Shown here: in pieces, positions 22,163-32,316 of the stretch
How the letters are laid out: each line of letters opens with the position of its first letter
How positions within the stretch are numbered: the first letter of the stretch is position 1
NCBI GenBank assembly: GCA_963745835.1
Contig: CAVUZH010000003.1
Location: 800,001-864,000 of the forward strand
Reading direction: 5' to 3'
DNA: 64,000 bases
Source of the DNA: an uncultured delta proteobacterium
Lineage (GTDB): Bacteria; Desulfobacterota; Binatia; UBA9968
Position numbers and translations under genes: made by a program
The notes under the pieces: model-generated
What the model was told of the DNA's origin: nothing
The model's input: the letters and a program-made list of their open reading frames with translations, nothing else
Databases searched by the model: none

Positions 22163-23533
22163 ATGTCCCATTTCAATCAGTTGAATGTGCCCAGCGAACA
22201 CCGGCCATGGCGCGAGGTAACGGACGGTCAAATTCCGGTTGTTATCTTGGGCGCCGGCCTGACGGGTTTATCGGCGGCTTATCACATCTCTAGCAAGCCG
22301 ACGCTCTTGATCGAGCGCGCGGCGGAAGTCGGCGGTCATGCGCGTAGCGAACGTTGGAACGGTCATACCTTCGATGTAACGGGCCACTGGCTCCATCTAC
22401 GCGACCCGCGGGTGCAGTCACTGGTCGCGGAACTGTTCCAGCCGGGAGAACTTACCGAAATCGAACGCCGCGCCTCCGTATTGTCGCATGGCGTTCTGGT
22501 CGCTTATCCATTCCAGGCCAATCTGTACGGTTTACCTGCAGACGTGGTGCAGGAGTGTTTGGTGGAATTTGTCAAAGCTCGGGAGGCGGCGGCTGCTAGC
22601 AATGGACGAAATCCTCGCACATTCGAAGATTATGCCGTCACCCGTTTTGGCAATGGCATCACGCGCCATTTTTTTGTTCCGTACAATACAAAACTCTTCG
22701 GCATACATCCTAACTGTCTTACCGCAAGTTGGGTATCGCGTTACATTCCAGTTCCCGAGGTTCATGAGGTTATTGGCGGTGCCATCGGACTGCAACAGCA
22801 AGGTCTGGGTTACAATCCACGGTTCTTGTATCCAAAAAAAGGCGGAATCGACGCACTGCCTAAGGCGTTACTGCGCGGAATACAGGACCAGGCACAATGC
22901 GAGCTGCAGACCAGCACGGATGTGGAAGAAGTTGACCCGTCTGAACGCCTAATAAAGCTTACCGGCGCTTCGGACTGGCTGAAATATAGCAACTTGATTT
23001 CAACTATTCCGCTGCCGGAATTGATCTCGCGCATTCCCACGGCACCGGCTCACATTCGAGAGCTTGCCAGAAACTTGCGTTGCGTCAAATGGCGTTATCT
23101 GAACGTCGCGACCCGGACTCCATCGCCTGCAGATTATCACTGGGTGTATGTACCGGAAGAGCGTTATCCGTTCTTCAGGGTAGGCGTTTTCAGCAATGCA
23201 GTTCCTACAATGGCGCCTGCTGGTGGTGGATCTCTTTACGTAGAGCTCGCAGACCGCACCGGAGCTCCGAACGTGGGCGAGGTCATACAGGCCCTGGCAC
23301 AGATCGGCGCGATTACCGGGGCCGAAGATGTAACCTTCGCGGACGTACGAGAAATTGAATACGCGTACGTCATCTTTGATGACGCCTACGAAGAGTCGAC
23401 CCGATCCATCCATCAATGGCTAAAAGACGTGGGTATCCTCAGTTGTGGACGTTACGGCGCTTGGGTTTACAACTCGATGGAAGACAGCATCATCCAAGGA
23501 ATGGAGGCCGCTTTATGGGCACAGAGCAGGTAA
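22163..23533 (+). CDS. FAD-dependent oxidoreductase (UDP-galactopyranose mutase / HemY-like superfamily)
   Basis: VILGAGLTGLSAA, GGHARS, FDVTGHWLH, YPFQANL, PYNTKL and GRYGAWVYNSMED. Confidence 0.85.
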   Translation: MSHFNQLNVPSEHRPWREVTDGQIPVVILGAGLTGLSAAYHISSKPTLLIERAAEVGGHARSERWNGHTFDVTGHWLHLRDPRVQSLVAELFQPGELTEIERRASVLSHGVLVAYPFQANLYGLPADVVQECLVEFVKAREAAAASNGRNPRTFEDYAVTRFGNGITRHFFVPYNTKLFGIHPNCLTASWVSRYIPVPEVHEVIGGAIGLQQQGLGYNPRFLYPKKGGIDALPKALLRGIQDQAQCELQTSTDVEEVDPSERLIKLTGASDWLKYSNLISTIPLPELISRIPTAPAHIRELARNLRCVKWRYLNVATRTPSPADYHWVYVPEERYPFFRVGVFSNAVPTMAPAGGGSLYVELADRTGAPNVGEVIQALAQIGAITGAEDVTFADVREIEYAYVIFDDAYEESTRSIHQWLKDVGILSCGRYGAWVYNSMEDSIIQGMEAALWAQSR

Positions 23534-24285
23534 ACGATCGGCGACCATCGGAATTCTCCGTTGTGATTCCTGTTTACAATGAAGAAAAGATTCTGCCATC
23601 CTCGCTAGGCGATCTGCAGCAACGCTTGAGAGACACGGGTCACAGTTACGAGATTATTCTCGCCGAGAATGGCAGTCGTGACCGCACTGTTGCCATCGGC
23701 CAGGAACATGCCGCGCGTCATCCCGATGTCAGTATTTTTTCATATCCCGAGCCGAACTATGGCGGTGCCTTACGAGAGGGCATTCTGCGCGCCCGGGGCG
23801 AGTTCGTGGTCTGCGAAGAAATCGACATCTTGGACGTTGATTTCCACATGTGTGCACTGGAACTGCTGCGGACGCGCAAAGCGGATATGGTCGTGGGATC
23901 GAAGGCGATGCGCGGCGCACGCGACCATAGGCCATTCGTGCGTAGATTTGCTACCCGTGTGTACAACCGAGTATTGCGATTGACGCTTGGCTTTCGAGGC
24001 ACCGACACCCATGGGATAAAGGCATTCCGTCGCTCTACGATGCTTCCGGTACTCCGAGAGTGCGTGATTGAAAAAGACGTGTTTGCCAGCGAGTTAGTGA
24101 TCCGAGCGGAGCGCGCCGGACTTCGAATTGTCGAAATCCCGGTCGACATTGTCGAGAAACGCGCACCGTCGATTAACCTGTTCCGCCGTGTTCCTCATGC
24201 ATTAGCCAATGTATTGCGGTTGATGATTTACATCCATTTCGGCCGAACTGCTGCCCAGCCGGCCGAAGCCAAACCACGTGAGTAA
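23515..24285 (+). CDS. GT2 polyprenol-phosphate glycosyltransferase (DPM/DPG synthase-like)
   Basis: SVVIPVYNEE, AENGSRDRT, NYGGALREG, DTHGIKAF and ELVIRA. Start at ATG 23515 overlaps the upstream gene. Confidence 0.85.
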   Translation: MGTEQVNDRRPSEFSVVIPVYNEEKILPSSLGDLQQRLRDTGHSYEIILAENGSRDRTVAIGQEHAARHPDVSIFSYPEPNYGGALREGILRARGEFVVCEEIDILDVDFHMCALELLRTRKADMVVGSKAMRGARDHRPFVRRFATRVYNRVLRLTLGFRGTDTHGIKAFRRSTMLPVLRECVIEKDVFASELVIRAERAGLRIVEIPVDIVEKRAPSINLFRRVPHALANVLRLMIYIHFGRTAAQPAEAKPRE

Positions 24286-25207
24286 AAAAATAGCGGCGCA
24301 AAGAACTCTGGTCAGTGTCGATCTCGATGATGTCTCCTGCTATCACGCGATTCACGGCCTTCCAGCGCCATCGGAAAGGCAGCTCGGGATTGTACTCGAG
24401 CGCTGCTTGCCGCGCTTTCTCGATCTTTTTGCGGAGCTCAAGGTCCGTGCAACGTTCTTCGTCATCGGACGTGATTTGGAACGCGATCTGAAGGATGGGA
24501 GACGAGGCGCAGCGCTGCTAAAGCAAGCGCTGACACAAGGCCATGAGCTGGCAAATCATAGCTATTCACACGCGTACGATCTATCGACTTGGCCGAAAGC
24601 GCGGATCGCGGACGATCTAAAAGCTTGCGACGGTTTGTTGCGCGAGCTTGGCGCACCCGCCGCCGGTTTCCGGGCGCCGGGATACACTCATAACGGTAAG
24701 CTGCTGGCCGAGGTCGCCCGCCTCGGCTATACCTATGACAGTTCGGCGCTGCCTTCTCCTCCTTACTATCTTGCCAAGCTTGCGGTCATGGCATGGATGG
24801 CGCTCCGTGGACGTCGCTCGCATTCCCTCGCTCGGGGCTGGCGGAGCTTTCTCGGAGCTGCGCAACCCCGGCGTGTGGAAAAATTGGGTATTTGGGAAGT
24901 GCCGATGAGTGTCAGCCCATACTTGCGTCTTCCGTTGATAGGCACCGCGTTGCTTTCAGGACCGGAACCGCTGGCAACTAGGTTGCGCCAAGGCGCTATA
25001 GGTCAGCGTTATTTTCACCTCGAGCTGCACGGGATCGATCTCGCGGACGCGGGAGATAACGGTTCTGCGGGCGACGGTTACGCTCCCGAGTTGAAGGCTC
25101 TGCAGCCTGAGCTTCGGATCCCACTCAAACTGCGGCTCGATCGTTTACGTCAGCTTTTGCGGGCCAGGGCAGACGCGACGTCCATTGTATCCATCCTCAG
25201 GTCATAA
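24278..25207 (+). CDS. Polysaccharide deacetylase (CE4/NodB-like)
   Basis: SVDLDD, ATFFVIG, HELANHSYSH, GFRAPGY and YDSS motifs. Confidence 0.9.
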   Translation: MSKKIAAQRTLVSVDLDDVSCYHAIHGLPAPSERQLGIVLERCLPRFLDLFAELKVRATFFVIGRDLERDLKDGRRGAALLKQALTQGHELANHSYSHAYDLSTWPKARIADDLKACDGLLRELGAPAAGFRAPGYTHNGKLLAEVARLGYTYDSSALPSPPYYLAKLAVMAWMALRGRRSHSLARGWRSFLGAAQPRRVEKLGIWEVPMSVSPYLRLPLIGTALLSGPEPLATRLRQGAIGQRYFHLELHGIDLADAGDNGSAGDGYAPELKALQPELRIPLKLRLDRLRQLLRARADATSIVSILRS

Positions 25208-25253
25208 ACTGTTCTATGGGGATCCCTTGGATGAGGTAAGATGAGTTACAAAA

Positions 25254-26543
25254 ATGAAAATTCTCGAAAATAAAAAATTGCTGTTAGCGATAATCTTTGC
25301 TGCCGCCTTCGTTGCGCGACTCGTCACGATGATTGCGTTGGAGACGTACAAATTCCCGAACGAGGAGGCATTCGGTTTTGGCTATGGCGACACGGCGAGA
25401 TACGTAGCACTGGGCGAAGGTTTTAAAACGTCACACTTTCTGCCAGGAACGGCGCGTCCCAGCGCGGTATCTCCTCCGGGATATGTCTACTTCATGGCTT
25501 TGATTTTCTCTATATTCGGCATCTATAGCGAGCAGTCGGCCATCATCTTGGAGGTATTGCAGTCGCTCACCGCGGCGTTTGCCTGTCTGGTGTTCTACCA
25601 CCTCGGCAAAAAATGGAACGAGAGCACAGGACTGCTTGCGGCGTTGGGCATGGCCTTTTATCCTCCATCAATTCTATTTTCGGTGATGCGCATCAGTCCG
25701 ATCCTGCTTGTGGTTCTGCTGCTTGGCATCATCATGCTCTACCTGTTCAAGATTCAAGAGCGCTGGCAGACACGCGATGTTGTGATCTGCGGGATATTGA
25801 TGGGTCTGAACGTGCTTATGGAGCCGACCGTTATACTCTTTTATATGGCGGCCTGTATTTGGCTCTTTTTCTGGAGCCCACAGCCGCGATCCAGGGCCGT
25901 GAAATCTTCGGCTATGATGGCGACGATTTGCGTTCTCTGCGTGCTGCCGTGGACGATAAGGAACTATATGGTCTTCGGGACTTTTGTGCCGATAAAGTCG
26001 TCGATGGGCGCTCATCTGCTTCAGGGCAATCATCCATTCTCGGCAAGCGAGGGGGCGATTTTTGGCCCCGAGATCAAGAAAGCGTTTTCTGCAGAGGAAT
26101 TAGCAAAGTTGGAAACGATGGACGAGGTTCAGGCCAACAAGTTCATGGAAAAAAAAGCGATTGAGTTCATCAGAGCCGATCCCGGCATGTTCATCCAACG
26201 CACACTCACTCGCATCTATTACTACTGGGCTTTCGTCAATCCATATAGGGAAACGCGGTACGACACCCTAAGGATTGTTACGTACGGGCCGGTTTTCATT
26301 TTGGGACTAATCGGCTTTTTGCTTTCGCGTAAGTACTGGAGGGAGTCCTCGCTTCTTCTTGCGCTGATGCTTTCGTATCCGCTCTTCTATTACGTCACAC
26401 AAGTCACGATCAACAGATATAGATTCGTCCCGGAGGTATTTCTGATCATTATGGCATCGTATGCGACCGTAGAACTTGTTGGGCGATTTGGCCGCTTACG
26501 TTCGCTGGCGCAGGCCGAAACAACCAGTGTTCTCGAGCGCTGA
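25254..26543 (+). CDS. GT-C (ArnT/PMT-like) membrane glycosyltransferase
   Basis: PPGYVYF, PWTIRNYMVFGTFVPI and RYRFVPE motifs; polytopic. Paralog of 16352 and 50493. Confidence 0.8.
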   Translation: MKILENKKLLLAIIFAAAFVARLVTMIALETYKFPNEEAFGFGYGDTARYVALGEGFKTSHFLPGTARPSAVSPPGYVYFMALIFSIFGIYSEQSAIILEVLQSLTAAFACLVFYHLGKKWNESTGLLAALGMAFYPPSILFSVMRISPILLVVLLLGIIMLYLFKIQERWQTRDVVICGILMGLNVLMEPTVILFYMAACIWLFFWSPQPRSRAVKSSAMMATICVLCVLPWTIRNYMVFGTFVPIKSSMGAHLLQGNHPFSASEGAIFGPEIKKAFSAEELAKLETMDEVQANKFMEKKAIEFIRADPGMFIQRTLTRIYYYWAFVNPYRETRYDTLRIVTYGPVFILGLIGFLLSRKYWRESSLLLALMLSYPLFYYVTQVTINRYRFVPEVFLIIMASYATVELVGRFGRLRSLAQAETTSVLER

Positions 26544-26698
26544 CTGAGTAAAACGCACGCGGAGGGCTGTTCTCGCGCCAAGGCGGAGAAGGTAGCAAGG
26601 GAATGGACCGTGAGCGGTGGGCAAGTAAACAGAAACGTTCGAGATTCAAGTTCGAATGTGAAAACCTAAGCTCGCCCGAAAGCGGAAACTCTAGTCAT

Positions 26699-27496
26699 AT
26701 GGATGAACTGGTTACCTCCTTTCCCACGGATAAAGCGGCATTGTCATTGTTCGCGGCAACCTCCAAAGCGAGGGTTCTCGGTACTGGGGTCACACCGCTG
26801 GACCTCGACGGGACAGTAAATTTGCTGCTCGAGATGGTCCAGTCCAACGCGCAAGGTTACGTCTGCGTGGCTAATGTGCACACGACCACACTTGCCGTGC
26901 GCGATCAACGATTCAGAAGCGCACTCGACGGGGCAGCTGCCGTGGTGGCGGATGGGATGCCCATCGTCTGGCGCGTGCGCGCCGCAGGTTATCCGCAGGC
27001 AGGTCGCGTCTACGGCGTCGATTTGATTGAGGCTATATGCGCGTCCGGCATCCGAACCGGACTGCGCCATGGTTTTTTCGGTGGGTGGGGAGGTGCGGCA
27101 GAGGTGATGGTCGCGCGATTGAGGGAGCGCCATCCGTCGCTCCACGTAGCGGGAGTCTGGGAGCCCGGCCTGGTTAGGGAAGGGGAGCAAGCGCCGCCTG
27201 ATCTGCTCCAGTCTATCAATGACGCGGCCTGCGACGTTCTGTGGGTGGGCCTGGGCGCGCCGAAGCAGGAAGTGTGGATGGCGCAACACCGGGGTTATCT
27301 TCGGGCGCCAGTGATGGTCGGAGTCGGCCAGGCATTTGACATTCTCGCCGGGCGCACATCGCGCGCTCCGTCGTGGATGGGTTCGCATGGGTTGGAGTGG
27401 CTTTACCGTCTGAGTCACGAACCTCGGCGTCTATGGAAGCGCTACGCCGTCTACAACAGCCTCTTCGTTTGGTATCTGCTGCGAGAGAACTTCTGA
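26699..27496 (+). CDS. WecB/TagA/CpsF family glycosyltransferase (GT26)
   Basis: ANVH, ADGMPIVW, RVYGVDL, VGLGAPKQE, VGQAFD and GLEWLYRL...EPRRLWKRY. Confidence 0.93.
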   Translation: MDELVTSFPTDKAALSLFAATSKARVLGTGVTPLDLDGTVNLLLEMVQSNAQGYVCVANVHTTTLAVRDQRFRSALDGAAAVVADGMPIVWRVRAAGYPQAGRVYGVDLIEAICASGIRTGLRHGFFGGWGGAAEVMVARLRERHPSLHVAGVWEPGLVREGEQAPPDLLQSINDAACDVLWVGLGAPKQEVWMAQHRGYLRAPVMVGVGQAFDILAGRTSRAPSWMGSHGLEWLYRLSHEPRRLWKRYAVYNSLFVWYLLRENF

Positions 27497-27560
27497 ACGT
27501 CGAATTAGTTCCCTAACCTTAACTCACCTGCTCTCCTATGCTTTTTGTTGCATTTTCCTT

Positions 27561-28901
27561 ATGCCCGTCCTTGTGATGCTTTTTTATCGCCATCCAATGG
27601 TATTGCTCTGCCTGTTTCCGGTTACCAATGCCATCTATGGTGGACTCCTTCCTGATTATGATCTCGTCATTGGCGGCTTCTTGTTAGTGCCTATGGATGC
27701 CCTTTATTTATTTACGATCACCACCTTAGGATTATGTGCCTTGCTACGGCCAAGAAAAATCGCAGCCGCCTTGAAGGAAAATATCTTTCTTAACCATGTT
27801 CCTTGCCTTAATGGCGCTTGTACGTGCTGGTTTATACGCCAATTTATGGACAAAGCGCCATCGGTGAGGCACGGAAACTTTATTTTTTCTTTCTGATCCC
27901 TTTGCTGGCTGCCGTAGCTATCAAAACTCCTGCGGATCTTCGGCGATTTCTTGTCACTATAGTTTGGGCGGCAGCAGGTCTTGCCATCTTTGCGTTCGGC
28001 ACGGCTGTTGCCAGCGGAACTATTTTTCGTCCCATCAACGCGCAAGGTGCTTTAACCTTAGCGTTAGCCGCAGCTTTGATGTTGATTCACCGCATACACA
28101 AGATAGTTCTTATCGACCCACTTGCGGATAAGGTTTTGCTCGTGCTTTTGTTCGCTGGCGCGATTATCGCCGGGCACCGAACAGTCTGGCTTGCGGTTGG
28201 ATCTGGGCTGCTTCTGGCGTTTTGGTTATATCGCAGCAAACAGGGGCTCATAGCTAAGGTATTGGGGGTCATAAGCATTATGGTCGCCCTAATCGGCATC
28301 GGAATAGCGCTCTTTCCCGAGACTGGGGCACGTTTCGGAAGTGCCTTTGAGGGAATACTGAATCCCCAGGAGGATGACACCGCCTCGTGGCGTATTGAGG
28401 GCTGGCAAATCCATCTGGATCGAGTGAAGCCAGGACGGCAATCTCCTGTTCGGGGAAGGGTTGGGCACTTATTATGGCCGGGATCAATACGGTGAAATCC
28501 GGCCAACTCCCCACAGCGCCTACATTGAGCTGATACTGAAGTTTGGGCTATTCGGCCTAACCCTTTACGGCCTTTTGGTTTGCAAGTTTATCCGTAACGC
28601 ACTGGCAGTCAGGAAGACGCTGGGGGCCGGCCCGATGAAGGTCTGGCTAGAGGCTAGCATTCTGACTTTTGGGTCGGCGCATGCCTACTGCTCGGGTTAC
28701 AGTATCGAGCCAATCATGCTGATGTTTTTAGCTGTGGGGAACAGCGCGCAACGATTAACTCGGCTTAGCCCGTCGAGTTTCGAACCCGTCGAGAACAAGC
28801 TGTTGCAACGCGCACAAATTTCGCACGTCTTAACCACCCACGACCGGCCAGGGCTAATACCGGCATCTACGAGAAATTCGGCCATTCTAGTTATAGGCTG
28901 A
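27561..28901 (+). CDS. O-antigen ligase / Wzy polymerase-like membrane protein, frameshifted
   Basis: Three consecutive hydrophobic ORFs with HRTVWLA, TASWR, a G-x-G-x-G-like segment at the frameshift and PHSAYIELILKFGLFG (Wzy_C-type). The start is uncertain. Confidence 0.8.
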
Positions 28902-28999
28902 TAGAATAGAGCGATGAGAGAGAAAAACGCGTTGCAATTTTAACGAACCCCGCAACGCTTATAAAGCTGCTTTCTTACATTAGACGCCGGACCCGGGCT

Positions 29000-29164
29000 G
29001 ATTATAAAGATAGGGAGTCATTGTCATAGACGACCGAGCGAAGAGATTGGCTTGCCGGGTGGAAGAAGTTGCTGTGGAAACAGGCGTGCCAGTGGAAAGT
29101 AGCAGCGAAAACATTGAGTGTTTACGAGGATATTATTTCAAAGGAAAAAGGAGTTAGAAGTTGA
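29000..29164 (+). pseudogene. Possible C-terminal remnant of a GT4 glycosyltransferase
   Basis: WKVAAKTLSVYEDIISKEKGVRS* (29093-29164) resembles a GT-B C-terminal helix. Its TGA overlaps the next gene's TTG start. Confidence 0.4.
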
Positions 29165-30854
29165 ATATTCTAGGAGTTCACATCGGCCACGATAGCAGTG
29201 CCGCTCTCCTCCGCGATGGTCACTTAGTAGCGGATGTTGCGGAGGAGCGATTCACCCGGATCAAACATTATAGCGGGATTCCGTATTCTCCGTGAGCTAC
29301 TGCCTGAAAGCTGGATCACTGGGGATGGAAGACATAGATATACTTGCCGTGTCATCGTCCGATCCCATACCTGAACTGAATTTTCTGTTTGAGATGGAGA
29401 ACGGAGCAAGGGAACGAAAAACCATTCGCTCTCACGCTGCAGATATGTATCGAAGGTATTTCAGCAGCGCTAAGAAGCCGCCAATCTATGTTTCTAAGTT
29501 TCCGTTGAATCGGCAGACTCAGGTTGTTCACGTAGAACATCATCTTGCCCACGCCGCTAGTGCATACTACACGAGCGGGCTGTCGAACACTGAGCGGGCA
29601 CTCATCGTCACGTGTGATGGTGCGGGTGACGGGTTCTCCTTCTGCGTCTGGCGTGGTGAAAATGGACGCATTCAACCGCTTAAGAAGTTCAAGACCGATG
29701 GGTCTATTGGATGGTTTTACAGTAACGTCACCGAGGCACTCGGATGGATCCATGGCGACGGCGAGGGGAAGACGATGGGACTCGCGCCGTATGGCGATTT
29801 CACGAAATGCCGCGGCGTGCTCGATTCGTTTTATCCGAAGTATGCGGCAGGTGAGCTTGTTGAACCACATTCCTTTGGTCCAGGCTACTATTGGAATGAA
29901 ACCGGTAGTATGGAGTTTCATTTCGATGAGGCGGGCGACATACGCACGCTTGTGCAGAAACATGGTGCTGAGAACATTGCTGCAGAAGCGCAACGTGTGC
30001 TCGAAGAGCAGGTGATGGAAGTTATCTTTAATTGGATGGAGAAGGAAAAAACGACCGTGCTATGTACTGCCGGAGGAGTTTTTCTCAATGTGAAGTTGAA
30101 CCAGCGACTCTGGTACTCAGACAAAATCACAAAGCATTGGACGTATCCGAACCCCGGTGATTCGGGTCTGGCAGTCGGTTCTGCCTTGTATGCCCATTAC
30201 CAAAGTGCACCAGACGATCCGATCCATTTGCAAGAGCATTTGTACTGGGGCCCAGAGTATTCGAATGAAGAGGTGGCCACAATCGTGAGGGAACGTTCCC
30301 TCAATGCCAAGTACGTCGAGGACATGGCGGAAGAAGCCGCCAGGTTGTTGGCGCAGAACAAAATTCTCGCATGGTTTCAAGGGAGAATGGAAAGCGGGCC
30401 GCGGGCACTTGGGAATCGATCGATCCTCATGAGCACGGCAAAGAAGGAAAACAAGGACATCATCAACGAACGAGTAAAATATCGGGAAGGGTTCCGACCC
30501 TTCTGTCCCTCCTTGACGATCGAGTCTGCCGAAAACTATCTCGTGCAGTATCGGGCCGAGCCCTTCATGATCACCTCGTTCGATACGACTGAGGGGAAAA
30601 AGGCCCGCGTTCCAGCCGTCGTACATGCTGACGGTACAGCGCGACCCCAAACCGTTCGAAGAGAAATCAATCCTGACTATTGGAAATTGATTACCGAATT
30701 CGGGAAATTGACAGGTGATCCCGTTCTGCTCAATACATCTTTAAACATCAAAGGCGAGCCAATGATTTGCCACCCTCGAGAGGCCATCAGGTGCTTCTAC
30801 GATTCTGGGATCGACTATATGATGATCGGCAACTATCTCTTCTCAAAAGAATGA
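29161..30854 (+). CDS. NodU/CmcH-family O-carbamoyltransferase #1, frameshift near 29290
   Basis: LNILGVHIGHDSSAAL...EERFTRIK, HHLAHAASAY, DGAGD, EGKTMGLAPYG, GGVFLNVKLN, GPRALGNRSIL, VHADGTAR and LNTSLN. Confidence 0.93.
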
Positions 30855-30872
30855 GAAGGTTCGCTGTCGGAA

Positions 30873-32133
30873 TTGGGACCTGAAGCAAATTTTGCAGGAG
30901 ATTACGATCTGAAAATAGGTGTGGCGGGGCCGATCACTGTTTCGATGCTGCAGTCTCTATTCCCCCTAGGCACGCAACTCCCGGAGACATGGAGTCACCC
31001 GCTGATAGCGACGCTTGTTCAAAGCTTGCATCAGAGAGGTCACGAAGTCGTTGTCTTTGCTCTGTCTGAGCGAGTGCGCAAGACAGAGTTTTTCGTGGGG
31101 AATCGGATTGAGGCTTATATATGTCCGCAGCGCCGGCCGCGATGGCAGATGCTCGACTTTTTCGCGCAAGAGCGGCGAGCGTTAGCAGATGCGATGCGGC
31201 GGTCAGGCTGCGATGTAATTCACTCGCATTGGACATACGAGTTCGGGGCGGCTGCTGTCGAAAGTGGCCTGCCTAATGTTGTTACTGCACATGACAATCC
31301 GTTAGCGGTGCTGCGTTTCGCCACGCATGCGTACTGGCTGGAAAAACCTTTTCTGGCTCCCAGGGTCGTAAGGAAGGCCAAGTATCTCACGGCGGTGTCG
31401 CCGTATATAGCTGATTCGCTACGTCGTTTTCTTAAACCCAGAAGCGAAATCACGGTGATTCCAAGTGGTGTCACCTCCGACGTTTTCGCCCTACATAGCA
31501 GGCGCTCAAGAAACCGATCAGACAGGATCATATTCGGTTCGGTGTCCAATAACTGGGCGGGGACTAAAGAATGGGCGACAACTTGTTAAGGCATTTGGAC
31601 TCCTTCGTAGTAAGCTCGGTGATAATGTTGAGCTCTGGTTATTTGGCGATGAGCACGAGAGCGGAGGTCCAGCTAATGTATGGGCGAAACAGAAATCTCT
31701 CGACACAGGCATTCGTTTTATAGGGCCATACCTTACATGCAGTGTCTTACCACGCTTGCCGAAAGCGTTGATGTCTTGGTACATCCGTCACTCGAAGAGT
31801 CGCAATGTATGGCTGTGATCGAGGCAATGGCGATGGGATTGCCCGTCATTGCTGGTAAGTTCAGCGGTGCGATCCCTGGGTTCTCGCCGAAGGCAAAGCG
31901 GGTATGCTTGTCGATGTCAGGTCGGCAGAGGCTATTGCACACGGTATGCAGACTATGGCCGAGGATGCCGGATTGCGACGAACATTGGCGCTTGCGGGTC
32001 GGAGATGGCCCTTGAGCAATATCACCTCGACACTACTGTGAATCGTTATGAGGCAATCCTCACCCGTGCGAGTACGGAACAGGCGCATCGAGTAGCTGAA
32101 CGCTCCGTGCCTCGTTGGTTTGCACCACTGTGA
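30873..32133 (+). CDS. GT4 glycosyltransferase, several frameshifts
   Basis: DVIHSHWTYE, VVTAHD and LVHPSLEESQCMAVIEAMAMGLPVI (EX7E) across ORFs 30873, 31465, 31680 and 31849. Confidence 0.85.
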
Positions 32134-32316
32134 CGATCAGCGCGTGAACCTCTGTTTATCGAGAAATGGCTAACCGAACATCTCGCGTGAAAACGGCCCT
32201 CGAAGATATTCGTTCGCAAAACTCCGTATGTGAATCTCCAAATGCTGTGGCAATTTGCTTGAGCGCATGCTTATTCAACGCTACGAGCAGGTTCGTGGGC
32301 GCCGGCGGCTTCGGCG

